From: Candidatus Latescibacterota bacterium
GTDB lineage: Bacteria > Latescibacterota > UBA2968 > UBA8231
Assembly (NCBI GenBank): GCA_965223905.1
Contig: CBDCXV010000010.1
Location: forward strand, 362,077-426,076
Direction of reading: 5' to 3'
Length of the DNA stretch: 64,000 bases
Numbering within the stretch: the first letter of the stretch is position 1; the number at the start of each line of letters is the position of its first letter. Below the pieces are notes generated by a model. That model searched no databases. It was not told where the DNA came from and saw nothing but the letters and a program-made list of their open reading frames with translations. Of the stretch, positions 1 to 9,576 are shown piece by piece. The translations under genes were made by a program, and so were the position numbers.

Positions 1-2
1 TC

Positions 3-308
3 GGCGGTGCCATTCACATCGACGATTGGCGTGAACCCACCCGCAGCTGGGCGGACCGAGCCTTGCCCGGTGAGGGGGCGATGGACTTGCCGGCACTCCT
101 TGGCGCACTGGAGGCCGCCGGCTTTGACGGGTGGTACGATCTGGAGATCTTCTCCGACGACGGTACCTTCGGAGCAGATTATCCCGACTCACTCTGGAAG
201 CTCGATCCGCTGGAGATGCTGCGGCGGGCCAAGGGTGGGTTCCTGCGTGCGTGGCAGGCACGCAAAAAGCTTGGTTCCGTTCTTCCCACGCGGGAGAATA
301 TGCAGTGA
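3..308 (+). CDS. sugar phosphate isomerase/epimerase (xylose-isomerase-like TIM barrel), C-terminal part; 5' end lies outside the window
   Basis: Frame 3 is open from the window edge (GGAIHIDDW...[32 protein letters not shown]). This is a typical C-terminal block of this TIM-barrel family. Confidence 0.6.
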   Translation, partial: GGAIHIDDWREPTRSWADRALPGEGAMDLPALLGALEAAGFDGWYDLEIFSDDGTFGADYPDSLWKLDPLEMLRRAKGGFLRAWQARKKLGSVLPTRENMQ

Positions 309-898
309 CACTGAACACGAAAAATGTCATCTGGATCCTGGCTGGAATCCTCTTTGCGCTCGCAAGCATCTGGATTCACTACCTCGTCAAGGTCGAGATG
401 GCGCCGGGTGGTCATGCCTCCACAGGCGAACTCGGGGACCTCCAGGTAGGCGGCGAGTCGCCGGACTTTTCCGGAACCGATCTGCAAGGACGACAGGTAG
501 CGCTCTCGGAATTTCGCGATCGCAAGGTGGTCGTGCTGGATTTCTGGGCGACCTGGTGTGGCCCTTGCCTGATGGCGATGCCGGCTCTTCAAGAACTGTC
601 CGATGAATTCGGGGCGCATGACGTGGAGGTTCTCGCTGTAAACATCCGGGAGAACCCCGAGCGCGTCCGGGATTTTATTGAACGGAAGGGCTATACCTTC
701 CGGGTGGTGATGGATCGGGATGGCGCTATCGGCGATCGATTCGGGGTAACTGCCATTCCCGTGCTTGTGGTGGTGGGTGCCGATGGCCGCGTCGAGTGGA
801 TCAAGCTTGGTTACAGCCCGAAAAACGATGATGGGCTGCGGGAGTTGCTGGTGCGTCTGAGGGCGGAGAGTCAGTCCGTCGGGTCGGCTACAATGTGA
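305..898 (+). CDS. TlpA-family thiol:disulfide oxidoreductase (thioredoxin-like, membrane anchored)
   Basis: GTG start overlaps the upstream stop. N-terminal TM helix ([20 protein letters not shown]), WCGPC active site, and a redoxin-like region (VLAVNIRE...AIPVLVVV). Confidence 0.85.
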   Translation: MTLNTKNVIWILAGILFALASIWIHYLVKVEMAPGGHASTGELGDLQVGGESPDFSGTDLQGRQVALSEFRDRKVVVLDFWATWCGPCLMAMPALQELSDEFGAHDVEVLAVNIRENPERVRDFIERKGYTFRVVMDRDGAIGDRFGVTAIPVLVVVGADGRVEWIKLGYSPKNDDGLRELLVRLRAESQSVGSATM

Positions 899-908
899 GA
901 GTGGGGGT

Positions 909-1820
909 ATGAGCGTCATTCGCACCGAGAATCTGGGAAAGACCTACAAGGGGGGCACGGCCGCTCTGCGGGGGCTCGATCTCGAGGTGAACGCCGGCGA
1001 GGTGTTTGGCTTTCTCGGGCCCAACGGCGCCGGTAAGTCTACGACCATTCAGCTGCTACTGAATTTCATCCGGCCCAGCTCGGGGACGGCCTATCTGTTT
1101 GATCAACCCGTTGCCTGCACGCGGACCCGGCAAAGGCTCGGTTACCTGCCCGAGTCTGTAAACCTGCACAGCTACTACAGCGGCCAGCGCCTGCTCGAAT
1201 TCTACGGCGGGCTGCTGGGGATCCAACGGGCAGACCGTTCACGGCGGGCCGCGGAGCTGCTCGAACGCGTGGGGCTGGTGGAGGCGGCTGGTCAGACGAT
1301 TTCGAACTACTCCCAGGGTATGACGCAGCGTCTGGGGCTGGCGCAGGCGCTGCTCAACGATCCCGAGCTGCTGATTCTCGATGAGCCCACCTCCAATCTC
1401 GACCCGGTCGCGCGACGGGATTTCCGCGATATTCTGCTGGAGCACAAGTCGAGTGGAAAAACGGTGTTCATTTGTTCGCACATCCTCTCCGAAGTCGAAT
1501 CGGTGTGCGACCGGGTGGCAATTCTGCAACAGGGCGAGCTGAAAAAGGTAGGGACCTTGGAGGAGTTGTCTGCCGCCAAGGGGTCGAGGATCGTGGTCAG
1601 GGATCTGCCGACGCGGGCCATAGAGGCGTTGTCCGCCACGGCTGCGCGAATGACGATAGAAGGGGGAGTAACCACCATCGAGTGTGACGACGAGGCGGTG
1701 CGTCGCGACGTGGATCGCGTGTTGGCACAGGGCGGCGTAGGTGTCGAACGCGTCGAAACCGAGACGCAGTCGCTGGAGGAGATCTTCTTCGGCGTCATCG
1801 GCCGGGAGGGGGCGTCATGA
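909..1820 (+). CDS. ABC transporter ATP-binding protein (ABC-2 type)
   Basis: Walker A GPNGAGKST, signature-like YSQGMTQRL, Walker B LLILDEPTSNLD. Its stop overlaps the permease start. Confidence 0.9.
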   Translation: MSVIRTENLGKTYKGGTAALRGLDLEVNAGEVFGFLGPNGAGKSTTIQLLLNFIRPSSGTAYLFDQPVACTRTRQRLGYLPESVNLHSYYSGQRLLEFYGGLLGIQRADRSRRAAELLERVGLVEAAGQTISNYSQGMTQRLGLAQALLNDPELLILDEPTSNLDPVARRDFRDILLEHKSSGKTVFICSHILSEVESVCDRVAILQQGELKKVGTLEELSAAKGSRIVVRDLPTRAIEALSATAARMTIEGGVTTIECDDEAVRRDVDRVLAQGGVGVERVETETQSLEEIFFGVIGREGAS

Positions 1821-2620
1821 GAGCCGTGCTCCTGATCGCTGCCGACAGCATCCGAGCTCTGCTGCATCAGCGTCTGCTGGTGGCGCTCATGCTGGTCACG
1901 CTGGGTTTGACCGTCGTGTTCTCGGTGCTGTTCACCGAAGCGAAGGACTTTTGGCTCCAGATGGGCGACGCCGCCGCCGCCGCGCAGGAGAGCGGCGAAA
2001 AGGAGGAAGCCCTGGGGCAGATGCGTCAGGGCATGGACATGATGGGATCCGTGTTCCTGTCGGGGTTCTACTGGTTCACCGCCCTTGGAGGTACACTGGT
2101 GGCGCTATTCATCTGCTCCACCGCGGTGACGACCGACCTCCGTCGTGGGACCATCCGCATCACCCTCTCAAAACCGGTGTCTCGAGCGCAGTTTCTCTTG
2201 GGCAAATACTGCGGTGCGGTCGCGGTCATGTTGTGCTACTCGATATTGATCGGCGTTGCCCTGGTGATCTTCGCCCACGCCAATCACCTGGACCTGAACC
2301 TGGCAACCCGCTACGCCCCCTGGCTCATGCTCTGCCACAATCTCATGGCCGGATCGGTGGCCATGCTCCTGTCGCTCCTGGTGCACCCCCTCATCGCCGC
2401 TGTTGTGGCCTACTTCGCCAGCGCCAGTTTCCTGTCGTCGCCCAATCCTCTCTATTTCATCCTGCCGAGCTACGATCGCTACAACGTCTTCATGCTCATC
2501 CTCGGGGGAAAGCTGATCGCCCTGGAGGACATCGTAATGCTCACGCTCTACGCCTTCGATGTTTCGGCGATCTTCCTGCTGCTGGCGCTGTGGCGGTTTC
2601 GTTCCAAGGAGCTGTTGTAG
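1817..2620 (+). CDS. ABC-2 family transporter permease
   Basis: Overlaps the ATPase stop by 4 nt. Multi-TM hydrophobic protein with an ABC-2-like RRGTIRITLSKPVSR motif. Confidence 0.75.
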   Translation: MRAVLLIAADSIRALLHQRLLVALMLVTLGLTVVFSVLFTEAKDFWLQMGDAAAAAQESGEKEEALGQMRQGMDMMGSVFLSGFYWFTALGGTLVALFICSTAVTTDLRRGTIRITLSKPVSRAQFLLGKYCGAVAVMLCYSILIGVALVIFAHANHLDLNLATRYAPWLMLCHNLMAGSVAMLLSLLVHPLIAAVVAYFASASFLSSPNPLYFILPSYDRYNVFMLILGGKLIALEDIVMLTLYAFDVSAIFLLLALWRFRSKELL

Positions 2621-2639
2621 GCGGGCCCGGGGCCCTCGC

Positions 2640-2828
2640 ATGAACGTCAGACCTATACCTTCCCGCCTGACCCTACCGCTGCTAACTGCGGCTCTCGCGA
2701 CCATCTACTATGGGTCGGCGCGACTCGGCCTGTTGCTGGCATTTGAGAACACGAACGCGTCTCCGGTGTGGCCGCCCTCGGGCATCGCATTCGCAACCCT
2801 TCTGCTCTTCGGATATCGAAAAGTATAG
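2640..2828 (+). pseudogene. MASE1-type membrane sensor, N-terminal 62 codons only, truncated by the IS91-family remnant
   Basis: LPLLTAALATIYYGSARLGLLLAFENTNASPVWPPSGIAFATLLLFG is a typical MASE1 N-terminus. The ORF stops 8 nt into the repeat end that starts at 2821. Confidence 0.6.
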
Positions 2829-3797
2829 GTAAAATGAGGCACCTTTTTTGGACTCTCGGTCAAAGGCGGACAGCGCACCGCCAGGGTCAGGCAGCTCCCG
2901 GAGGATCGTTTGCCAATCCTTCGACCGAGCTCGCAGTCCGGTCTGGTTGCCTGTAGGCCCGTATCCGCATCAATTCGGGGCCTGAGGGACCGTTGAGGGC
3001 ACACCCGTCGCCGTACGCCCGGCGACGGCGACGGGTCGAGAAGGCAGGTCAGGCGGCGAACTCGAACAGCGGCTCAGGCGGGGCCCTCGGCGGGGGCATC
3101 GCCGGCAGCCCTACCCCCTCCAGACAGGTCCGGATCGAAGCCGGATCGGTCCGGGCGGCGATGATTCTCAGGCGACCGCCACAGGCCGCGCATTCGCTGA
3201 GGTCGGAGGAAAACACCCGCGCCAGCAGGGTCGCCCACCGCAGCCGATGGCCGCAGGACGCAGCGCTCGCCGAGCCGTCCGCCGCCGCCGACGGCTCGGC
3301 AACCGGCTGGGCCGGCACGATGCGCTCGCGGGCCCGGGCCCAGGGCGCCAGGACCCCGTGGTAGCGCAGGAGATGAAACCGGGGCGGGGGAACCAGAGCC
3401 GCCCGCTTCTCCAGCAGTTCCATCGGAGAGAGCAGAAGAGGGCGGGTCCCATCCGACCACGGCGTTTTGAGCGCGAAGGAAAGATGGTCGGCATCGAGAA
3501 TGCGCAGACGCCCCCCCGCCAGGGCCCGGCCGGGCCACGTAGCGGCACAAGCGTTCGAGCCCGCGCCGGTCAGGGCCTGCGATCCGCGTTGCCGCAGGCA
3601 GGGAAAAGCCGCGCGAAGCAAAGCACAAGGGCGCCGTACGCACCCCGGTGGCCGGATCTTTCAGGACCCGGCGCAGGCGTTGGCCGGCGCCTGCCCCGGT
3701 GGCGGTGAGCCCTCGCACCGAAGCCGCGGTGAGAGCCGCCAGCACCGGCTCCTCGTCGGCGAGCGGATCGGCTGCGGTGTCGTCGAGCAGGGCACCC
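2821..3797 (-). mobile_element. IS91-family (HUH/Y2 rolling-circle) element remnant, copy 1: about 230 bp of 3' non-coding end plus the frameshifted C-terminal half of the transposase
   Basis: Translated pieces: ...LAALTAASVRGLTATGAGAGQRLRRV..GFSLPAA..ERLCRYVARP / LAGGRLRILDADHLSFALKTPWSDGTRPLLLSPMELLEKRAALVPPPRFHLLRYHGVLAP...CAACGGRLRIIAARTDPASIRTCLEGVGLP. The terminus AAGTATAGGTAAAATGAGGCACC is shared with the copies at 8988, 12136 and 18031. Confidence 0.8.
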
Positions 3798-4450
3798 ACA
3801 TAGACTATGGGATGCGTCCCCTGGCTCAATTTAATGTTTTCCCGCGGATTAAATACGAGACTGGTGGTTAGATCGGGCATACTTTCCGTTATGGTCGTGC
3901 CCCCTCCTCCTACACCAGGAGGTATTTCAAATGTCATTACGTAATCATCGTAATATGGCAAATGCGCCCCATGCAATAGATATTCCACGCCTAGTACTTC
4001 TATATCGTCAATATTGTCATGGAGATGCCTCGTATTGACAATTACATGAATTCTCTGCCAGTCGCCCTCATGTCTGTTCCACCAGTGATTGTAGGGATAG
4101 AAGTAGAGATATTGAATTACAGTGATGTCTCCCAACATATCGTGATTGCTGATATCGTATACATACACGTAGGCTGTATTCGGGAAGTTATCGCCCGCGT
4201 GAGGTCCGTCGCCAAAGTACGTGCCATTCCATCCGGGGGTTATGAGGTAATCTGGTCCATCCGGAAAAGGATTCGGGACCTTTTTCCCTTCTGGTTTCAC
4301 ACCGGGATAATCAAAGTAAGGAACTACTTTGTAAAAGCCATTTTTAAAACCAGGGGGAGCACCGATGTATTCGAAGGGAGAGATCTCGGCGAAGGAGTTC
4401 CTGGCGAGAATGTCGAATACGGTTAACGCTATCGACCTCGTTTTGATCAT
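3798..4450 (-). pseudogene. Vps62/DUF946-like protein, 3'-truncated by IS91 remnant copy 1 (low-GC gene)
   Basis: The motif block VIQYLYFYPYNHWWNRHEGDWQRIHVIV resembles the Vps62 family HxGDWE signature. The ORF runs in frame into transposase-derived sequence near 3797. GC drops sharply here. Confidence 0.45.
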
Positions 4451-4691
4451 GATCCGTGAAACGCTTAAACAAAAAGAAGGAGGTGAACGAGAAGGCTGTC
4501 AGCGGCTGGATGAGAAAGCCGGTACGGGCTTACCAGAAGATCAAGGTGTGTGGGTGTCAGCTCAGCGAAGTCGCAATCGGCCGCGCGACGTCGCTACGGC
4601 AGCCCTGGCGAAATGTTCGTTCAGGATGTCTGGAAGGCTCTCGATAATGGCGAGATCATCGACGCGAAAAGTCGGATCGCGTTGCGGTGGC

Positions 4692-6848
4692 TCAGGAATC
4701 GGAACTCCCAATGCTGACCGGCTGTGTCGTCGGCCGAAGGGCCGTTGGAGTCATCTCCTTGTCCCAGCTGGCCAGCTGGGACATCATCTCGAACAGGTTT
4801 ATCAGCGCCGCGAGCGATTCCACGCTCGCAGTCTCTTCCTTCTTCGACAACGGCACGGTGAAATCCCTGCACACCCTGATGAACTTCAGTTTTTTCGCTC
4901 TGGCGAACTCGCCATCTTTCTTAGAGTCTCCCACGAACACCACCTCTTCGGGTTTCAGCCCGTGGTCTTGTAGGATGGCGGTGATCTGTCTCCCTTTGTC
5001 AAACCCGGCTTTATAGCCAAACACTCCATCTATCTGGTCCTGGAGTCCCGTCCGTGCCGCGTACTCCTCGACCAGCTCGACCCGAGTGCTGCTGCACACA
5101 AATGTGTTGAGCCCTTTTTGTTTCAAGTATGACAGGGTTGGGATGGCATCGCGGAACAGAGGCAGAGCAAAAATCCCATTACTCTTGCGCGCCTCGAACT
5201 GCTCCGCCACCTCTGCGTTCCTTTTGTGCTTTGGGAACATCTCCTCCACTTGGTCCGCAAACGGAAGCCCCGAGGTCTCCAAATACTGACTTCGGACTCT
5301 GGCCGCTGTGATGGAGTAATTCCGCGTGATCAATTCGGTAGCCAACTCGGTGAGGAAGGGCATCGTGTCGGCCAGAGTCCCGTCAAAGTCGAACACGACT
5401 GCCTTGACTCCCATGCCTGTAGCTGGGGTCACGGGTTGATAAGCTGAATCCTGGCGTTGGGACACGCCGTGACCCTTCGTCTGTCTCCACGAAAACAGCA
5501 TCCGCCAGATAACGATGAGGTTCGTGTGCACCGCTGTGAGCGCCACTCCCAGCATCGCAAAGCCGGGGTGGAACCACGTCGCCAGCCCACAGCAGAAGAG
5601 CAAGAAGAGACGCACATCACGTCCTCGCCCTGCTGCGATCCATTTTCCCGTGTACTTGTGATTCAAGTTGACGACAGACTTAGCCGATGTATAGCTCACC
5701 ATCAAATGGCCGACAATCGCCATCACTGCGATGGCGAAGATCGCCACTGGATTCCACACGAGCCCGATGACCTCCCGGCCTCCGAGCTCCGACAGGGCAT
5801 AGAAGGTGAGCCCGGCAAACATCAGACTATCTGCGTACCGATCGAGGACAGCGTCAAAGTAGTCCCCCATTTTGGATTGCAGATGCTTGAGCCGCGCAAC
5901 TTCCCCATCACACCCGTCCAGAATACTGGAAAGCTGCATCACCACGGCGCCAGCGATCGCCTCGCCAGCGAAGAAGCACGCACTGCTCAAGGCGGCGACG
6001 ACAAAGCTCACCACCGAAACTTGATTAGGCGTAATAGCCGGGCAGAGCTTTAGAAGCAGAGGTGTGAGCAATCGGCTCGAAAGGGGCCGGTTTATGTAAC
6101 GGGAAACCCAACCGTCAGCTGCTTTGGTCGACAGGTTCGACAACAGCTCGTGCTCGGCCTTGAAGAGCGCGGCCTCGTCGTCGACGTCCATCCAGAACCG
6201 CCCCTGTATGTCGAATGCCGCTACCTTACCGCGATCAGCCAGGAGCTGGACAGCCCCCGACAGAGAGGTGTCGTCGCAGGCACGAATACAGGTCTTGATC
6301 GCCTTGAAAAGAGCGGGGGAGCACAGGAAAATGCCTGCGTCGTACGCGTTGTACCGAGAAATTTGTTTGCCGATTTTGAGGATTCTTCCACCGTTGGCGA
6401 GTACGTTCGTCACATCATCCGGATCCGCTCGGCCATTCGTGGCCAGGTCGTAATCTACTGCCAAGCGTACGTCGGCATTTCCCAGCGGCTCGCAGAGGAG
6501 TCTTTTGAGGATCTCCTCATCGAAGACGTGGTCTGCCATGAGCAAGACGAAATCGCCTTCCAGCAGATGGGCAGCCTTTAAAACCGACAGACCGTTTCCC
6601 TCTTGCCAGTCTTCGTTGATGACCGGCGTGATCCGCACGTTCATCTTCTGGCTCAGCTCGTCCAGAAAGGACCGAACCATCTCTCCTTGGTAACCCGTTA
6701 CCACGTAGAGATCGGTCAGTCCACTTCTGACTGCCGTACGAATTGTCCGTTCGACGAGCGGCATGCCCAGCAGGGGCACGAGCGGCTTTGAGGGCCCTCT
6801 GCGGGATAACCGGCTCCCCCTGCCGGCGGCGATAATGAGGCATTTCAT
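4692..6848 (-). CDS. three-domain fusion: sugar/inositol-phosphate nucleotidyltransferase + CDP-alcohol phosphatidyltransferase (IPCT/DIPPS-like) + HAD-family phosphatase
   Basis: N-terminus MKCLIIAAGRGSRL...KPLVPLLGMPLV (NTP transferase). Exact CDP-alcohol motif DGCDGEVAR-x8-G-x3-D-x3-D with multiple TM helices. C-terminal HAD motifs VVFDFDGTLADT, CSST and VGDSKKD. Start chosen at the ATG at 6848, preceded by GAGGAG; the ORF is open up to 6941. Confidence 0.8.
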   Translation of the reverse strand: MKCLIIAAGRGSRLSRRGPSKPLVPLLGMPLVERTIRTAVRSGLTDLYVVTGYQGEMVRSFLDELSQKMNVRITPVINEDWQEGNGLSVLKAAHLLEGDFVLLMADHVFDEEILKRLLCEPLGNADVRLAVDYDLATNGRADPDDVTNVLANGGRILKIGKQISRYNAYDAGIFLCSPALFKAIKTCIRACDDTSLSGAVQLLADRGKVAAFDIQGRFWMDVDDEAALFKAEHELLSNLSTKAADGWVSRYINRPLSSRLLTPLLLKLCPAITPNQVSVVSFVVAALSSACFFAGEAIAGAVVMQLSSILDGCDGEVARLKHLQSKMGDYFDAVLDRYADSLMFAGLTFYALSELGGREVIGLVWNPVAIFAIAVMAIVGHLMVSYTSAKSVVNLNHKYTGKWIAAGRGRDVRLFLLFCCGLATWFHPGFAMLGVALTAVHTNLIVIWRMLFSWRQTKGHGVSQRQDSAYQPVTPATGMGVKAVVFDFDGTLADTMPFLTELATELITRNYSITAARVRSQYLETSGLPFADQVEEMFPKHKRNAEVAEQFEARKSNGIFALPLFRDAIPTLSYLKQKGLNTFVCSSTRVELVEEYAARTGLQDQIDGVFGYKAGFDKGRQITAILQDHGLKPEEVVFVGDSKKDGEFARAKKLKFIRVCRDFTVPLSKKEETASVESLAALINLFEMMSQLASWDKEMTPTALRPTTQPVSIGSSDS

Positions 6849-7498
6849 GTGTGGGACGAACTCCTCGCGTGCGGTCATTTTTCCTTTGACAGTTGAGGAC
6901 AGAAGGGGCAATCTTGGGGGCGGAGACATGAAAGGGCGCAAAAACCCCCTTCACTAGCCTCCACCCGGTCGTTAGTCCGCGCCCCTCCCCGGTCAGCGAC
7001 TAACGGCCGTTTTGTTTAGATTTCCGCGACGACCGAGACCACGGAGGCTCTCCTCGATCAAGAGCCCTCTCTCGGCGACGGCTGATCGCCCGAATAAAAA
7101 CAAAATCCGCACGGGCCTTCCTCGGCAGCGCGGGCGTTTGGGTAGGCTAGGTGGTCTCGCTTATGACCGCGACCGGTCCTCTCGGTCGCTTAGCGAAGGC
7201 CCCCAGATATCAGATCCGGCAGCTATTAGCCGGAACGCCTCGTTTCGAATACGCACCCTCTGGTGACGAAAACCGCCACAACCTGAGCCGAAGAAGCCAC
7301 AGCTGTCTCCTCCGTTATCTGTCACCTGGATAGCGGAGGAGGTAGCGTACTCTGTATCGGCTTTTGAGTTTACCAGACACTGCGCCCAGTCGAACGCTGG
7401 ATGCCGTTGAAGGTTGAAATTAGAAAACACGCTCGGAGGCGTCAAGGGGGTCGTTTCGGTCCTGGGCTGAGACGCCAATCCCGCCCGTCAATATCAAC

Positions 7499-7609
7499 AT
7501 AACTATCGAATATTATCTAACGTCAATTCGGATGGGTCTCCCCCTTCTTATCATGACTATCGAATATTATCTAACTTATCATGCGTCAATTCGGATGGGT
7601 CTCCCCCTT
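7499..7609. repeat. scrambled imperfect direct repeat in an AT-rich noncoding patch (modules A-B-C-A-C-B)
   Basis: Module A, ACTATCGAATATTATCTAAC, occurs twice. Module B, GTCAATTCGGATGGGTCTCCCCCTT, occurs twice. Module C, (C)TTATCATG(C), lies once between the units and once inside unit 2. Confidence 0.85.
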
Positions 7610-7896
7610 GGTGCGACCGCAAGCTCAGCCGCCTAGCTGTTCGGGTTCGTCGCGTCCGTGAGCACGGAGCCTCTCGAAGCTGATGTCGCTCAGCAACTTT
7701 CAGAGGCTGACGAAATCTTCTGAGTGGCAGCTTGCAGGAACGATTCGACCTGAAGTTCAACGTCTATGATCCTTAAGGAATGGTCGTCGTTGGTGTTCAC
7801 ATCTTCCTCTCGTCCGTACGCCAAATCACCCCGACCAGGAAGTACGGCAGGATCACAGCCTGAAACACTGGGCCGTCACGCCATCCCTGGATCCGT

Positions 7897-8964
7897 ATGA
7901 ATAAGCCCAATGCAGTTGTCGTGGGTTACGGCTTCGCCGGCCGCTGCTTTCACGCCTACCTGGTTGGTATCACAGCAGATCTCAACCTGTACGGCGTCGT
8001 CTCCGGCCGTCCCGAGGCTCGCGAAGAAGTCCGCTCTCAGCTTGGCGTGAAAGCGTTCGAGCGTTTTGAAGAGGCTCTCGCCGATTCAAATGTCGACCTG
8101 GTTGTCCTCGCCACGCCCAACGATATCCACGCTCCGCAGGCCATAGCCGCCATGGAGGCTGGCAAGCACGTGGTCACGGACAAACCGATGTGTCTGAATC
8201 TACGAGAGGCAGACGATATGATCGCCGCCAGCCGCAGGACCGGACGTCTGCTCAGCATCTTTCAGAACCGGCGCTGGGATGGGGACTACCTCACTGTCCG
8301 GAAAGTGCTCGAGGAAGGCTTGATCGGTGACCCGTACTACATCGAGATGGCATGGCAGCAGTACGGCCCTCCCCGGACCTGGCGCGGAGAAAGGCGGCGC
8401 GGCGGCGGCAAATTCGTGGATCTGGGAGCGCACATGATCGATCAAGCCCTCCAACTGATTCGCGCGTCCCTCGATCGGGTCTACGCCCGCTTTTTCTCGG
8501 AGGGGTGGCCGACCGAGGTGGAGGACCACGCCCACTGTATTCTGAGTTTCGACAGCGGCGTCGATGTGCACGTTGTGACTTCGTCACTCACCACACACTC
8601 AAAGCCGAGATGGTACATATTGGGGACAAAGGGCGGACTCGTGAAGACGGGTCTGGATCCCCAGGAGAAGGCCATGGTCGCTGGAGATATCGACGCGGCC
8701 CGTGAGGATCCGGCCCACTATCCACGGCTGTGGACGGCAGTCGCCGGGCAGCCGGCTGAGACCGTGATCGAACCCGTACCCGGACGGTGGCGGTCCTATT
8801 ACGAGAATATCGCTGCAGCCATCCGAGGTACAGAGGAGCTGGCAGTCACCCCGGAAAGTGTCCGTGCCGTCATGGCTGTGTTGGAGGCGGCGCGCACATC
8901 AGTTGAGCGCGGTGAAGCAGTTTCGTTGGACGAAACAGCAGGCAGTAGCAGATCTGGCGCATAG
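7897..8964 (+). CDS. Gfo/Idh/MocA family oxidoreductase
   Basis: N-terminal Rossmann motif VVGYGFAGRCFH, followed by EKP-type VVTDKPMCL and a C-terminal alpha/beta domain. Confidence 0.85.
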   Translation: MNKPNAVVVGYGFAGRCFHAYLVGITADLNLYGVVSGRPEAREEVRSQLGVKAFERFEEALADSNVDLVVLATPNDIHAPQAIAAMEAGKHVVTDKPMCLNLREADDMIAASRRTGRLLSIFQNRRWDGDYLTVRKVLEEGLIGDPYYIEMAWQQYGPPRTWRGERRRGGGKFVDLGAHMIDQALQLIRASLDRVYARFFSEGWPTEVEDHAHCILSFDSGVDVHVVTSSLTTHSKPRWYILGTKGGLVKTGLDPQEKAMVAGDIDAAREDPAHYPRLWTAVAGQPAETVIEPVPGRWRSYYENIAAAIRGTEELAVTPESVRAVMAVLEAARTSVERGEAVSLDETAGSSRSGA

Positions 8965-8987
8965 CGCCACATTCCCGCATCACCATC

Positions 8988-9576
8988 AAGTATAGGTAAA
9001 ATGAGGCACCTTTTTTGGACTCTCGGTCAAGGCGGACAGCGCACCGCCAGGGTCAGGCAGCTCCCGGAGGATCGTTTGCCAGTCCTTCGACCGAGCTCGC
9101 AGTACAGTTTGGTTGCCTGTCGGCCCGTATCCGGATCAATTCGGGGCCTGAGGGACCGTTGAGGGCACACCCCGCCGTACGCCCGGCGACGGCCACGGGT
9201 CGAGAAGGCAGGTCAGGCGGCGAACTCGAACAGCGGCTCAGGCGGGGCCCTCGGCGGGGGCATCGCCGGCAGCCCTACCCCCTCCAGACAGGTCCGGATC
9301 GAAGCCGGATCGGTCCGGGCGGCGAGGATTCTCAGGCGACCGCCACAGGCCGCACATTCGCTGAGGTCGGAGGAAAACACCCGCGCCAGCAGGGTCGCCC
9401 ACCGCAGCCGATGGCCGCAGGACGCAGGGCTCGCCGAGCCGTCCGCCGCCGACGGCTCGGCAACCGGCTTGGCCGGCACGATGCGCTCGCGGGCCCGGGG
9501 CCGGGGCGCCAGGACCCCGTGGTAGCGCAGGAGATGAAACCGGGGCGGGGGAACCAGAGCCGCCCGCTTCTCCAGC
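8988..9576 (-). mobile_element. mini IS91-family element (3' end of tnpA plus the presumed oriIS-side terminus), copy 2
   Basis: Same terminus AAGTATAGGTAAAATGAGG as the other copies. Encodes LEKRAALVPPPRFHLLRYHGVLAP...CAACGGRLRILAARTDPASIRTCLEGVGLP. Homology to copy 1 stops at ...CTTCTCCAGC (9576). Confidence 0.8.

Noticed and set aside
6942-7480. Possible tmRNA, RNase P RNA or riboswitch in the structured noncoding region.
   Set aside because: No GGAAAGTCCGG-type P4 sequence, no tRNA-like ...TTCGA...CCACCA 3' end, no tag-peptide reading frame ending in a stop, and no B12-box could be found on either strand.
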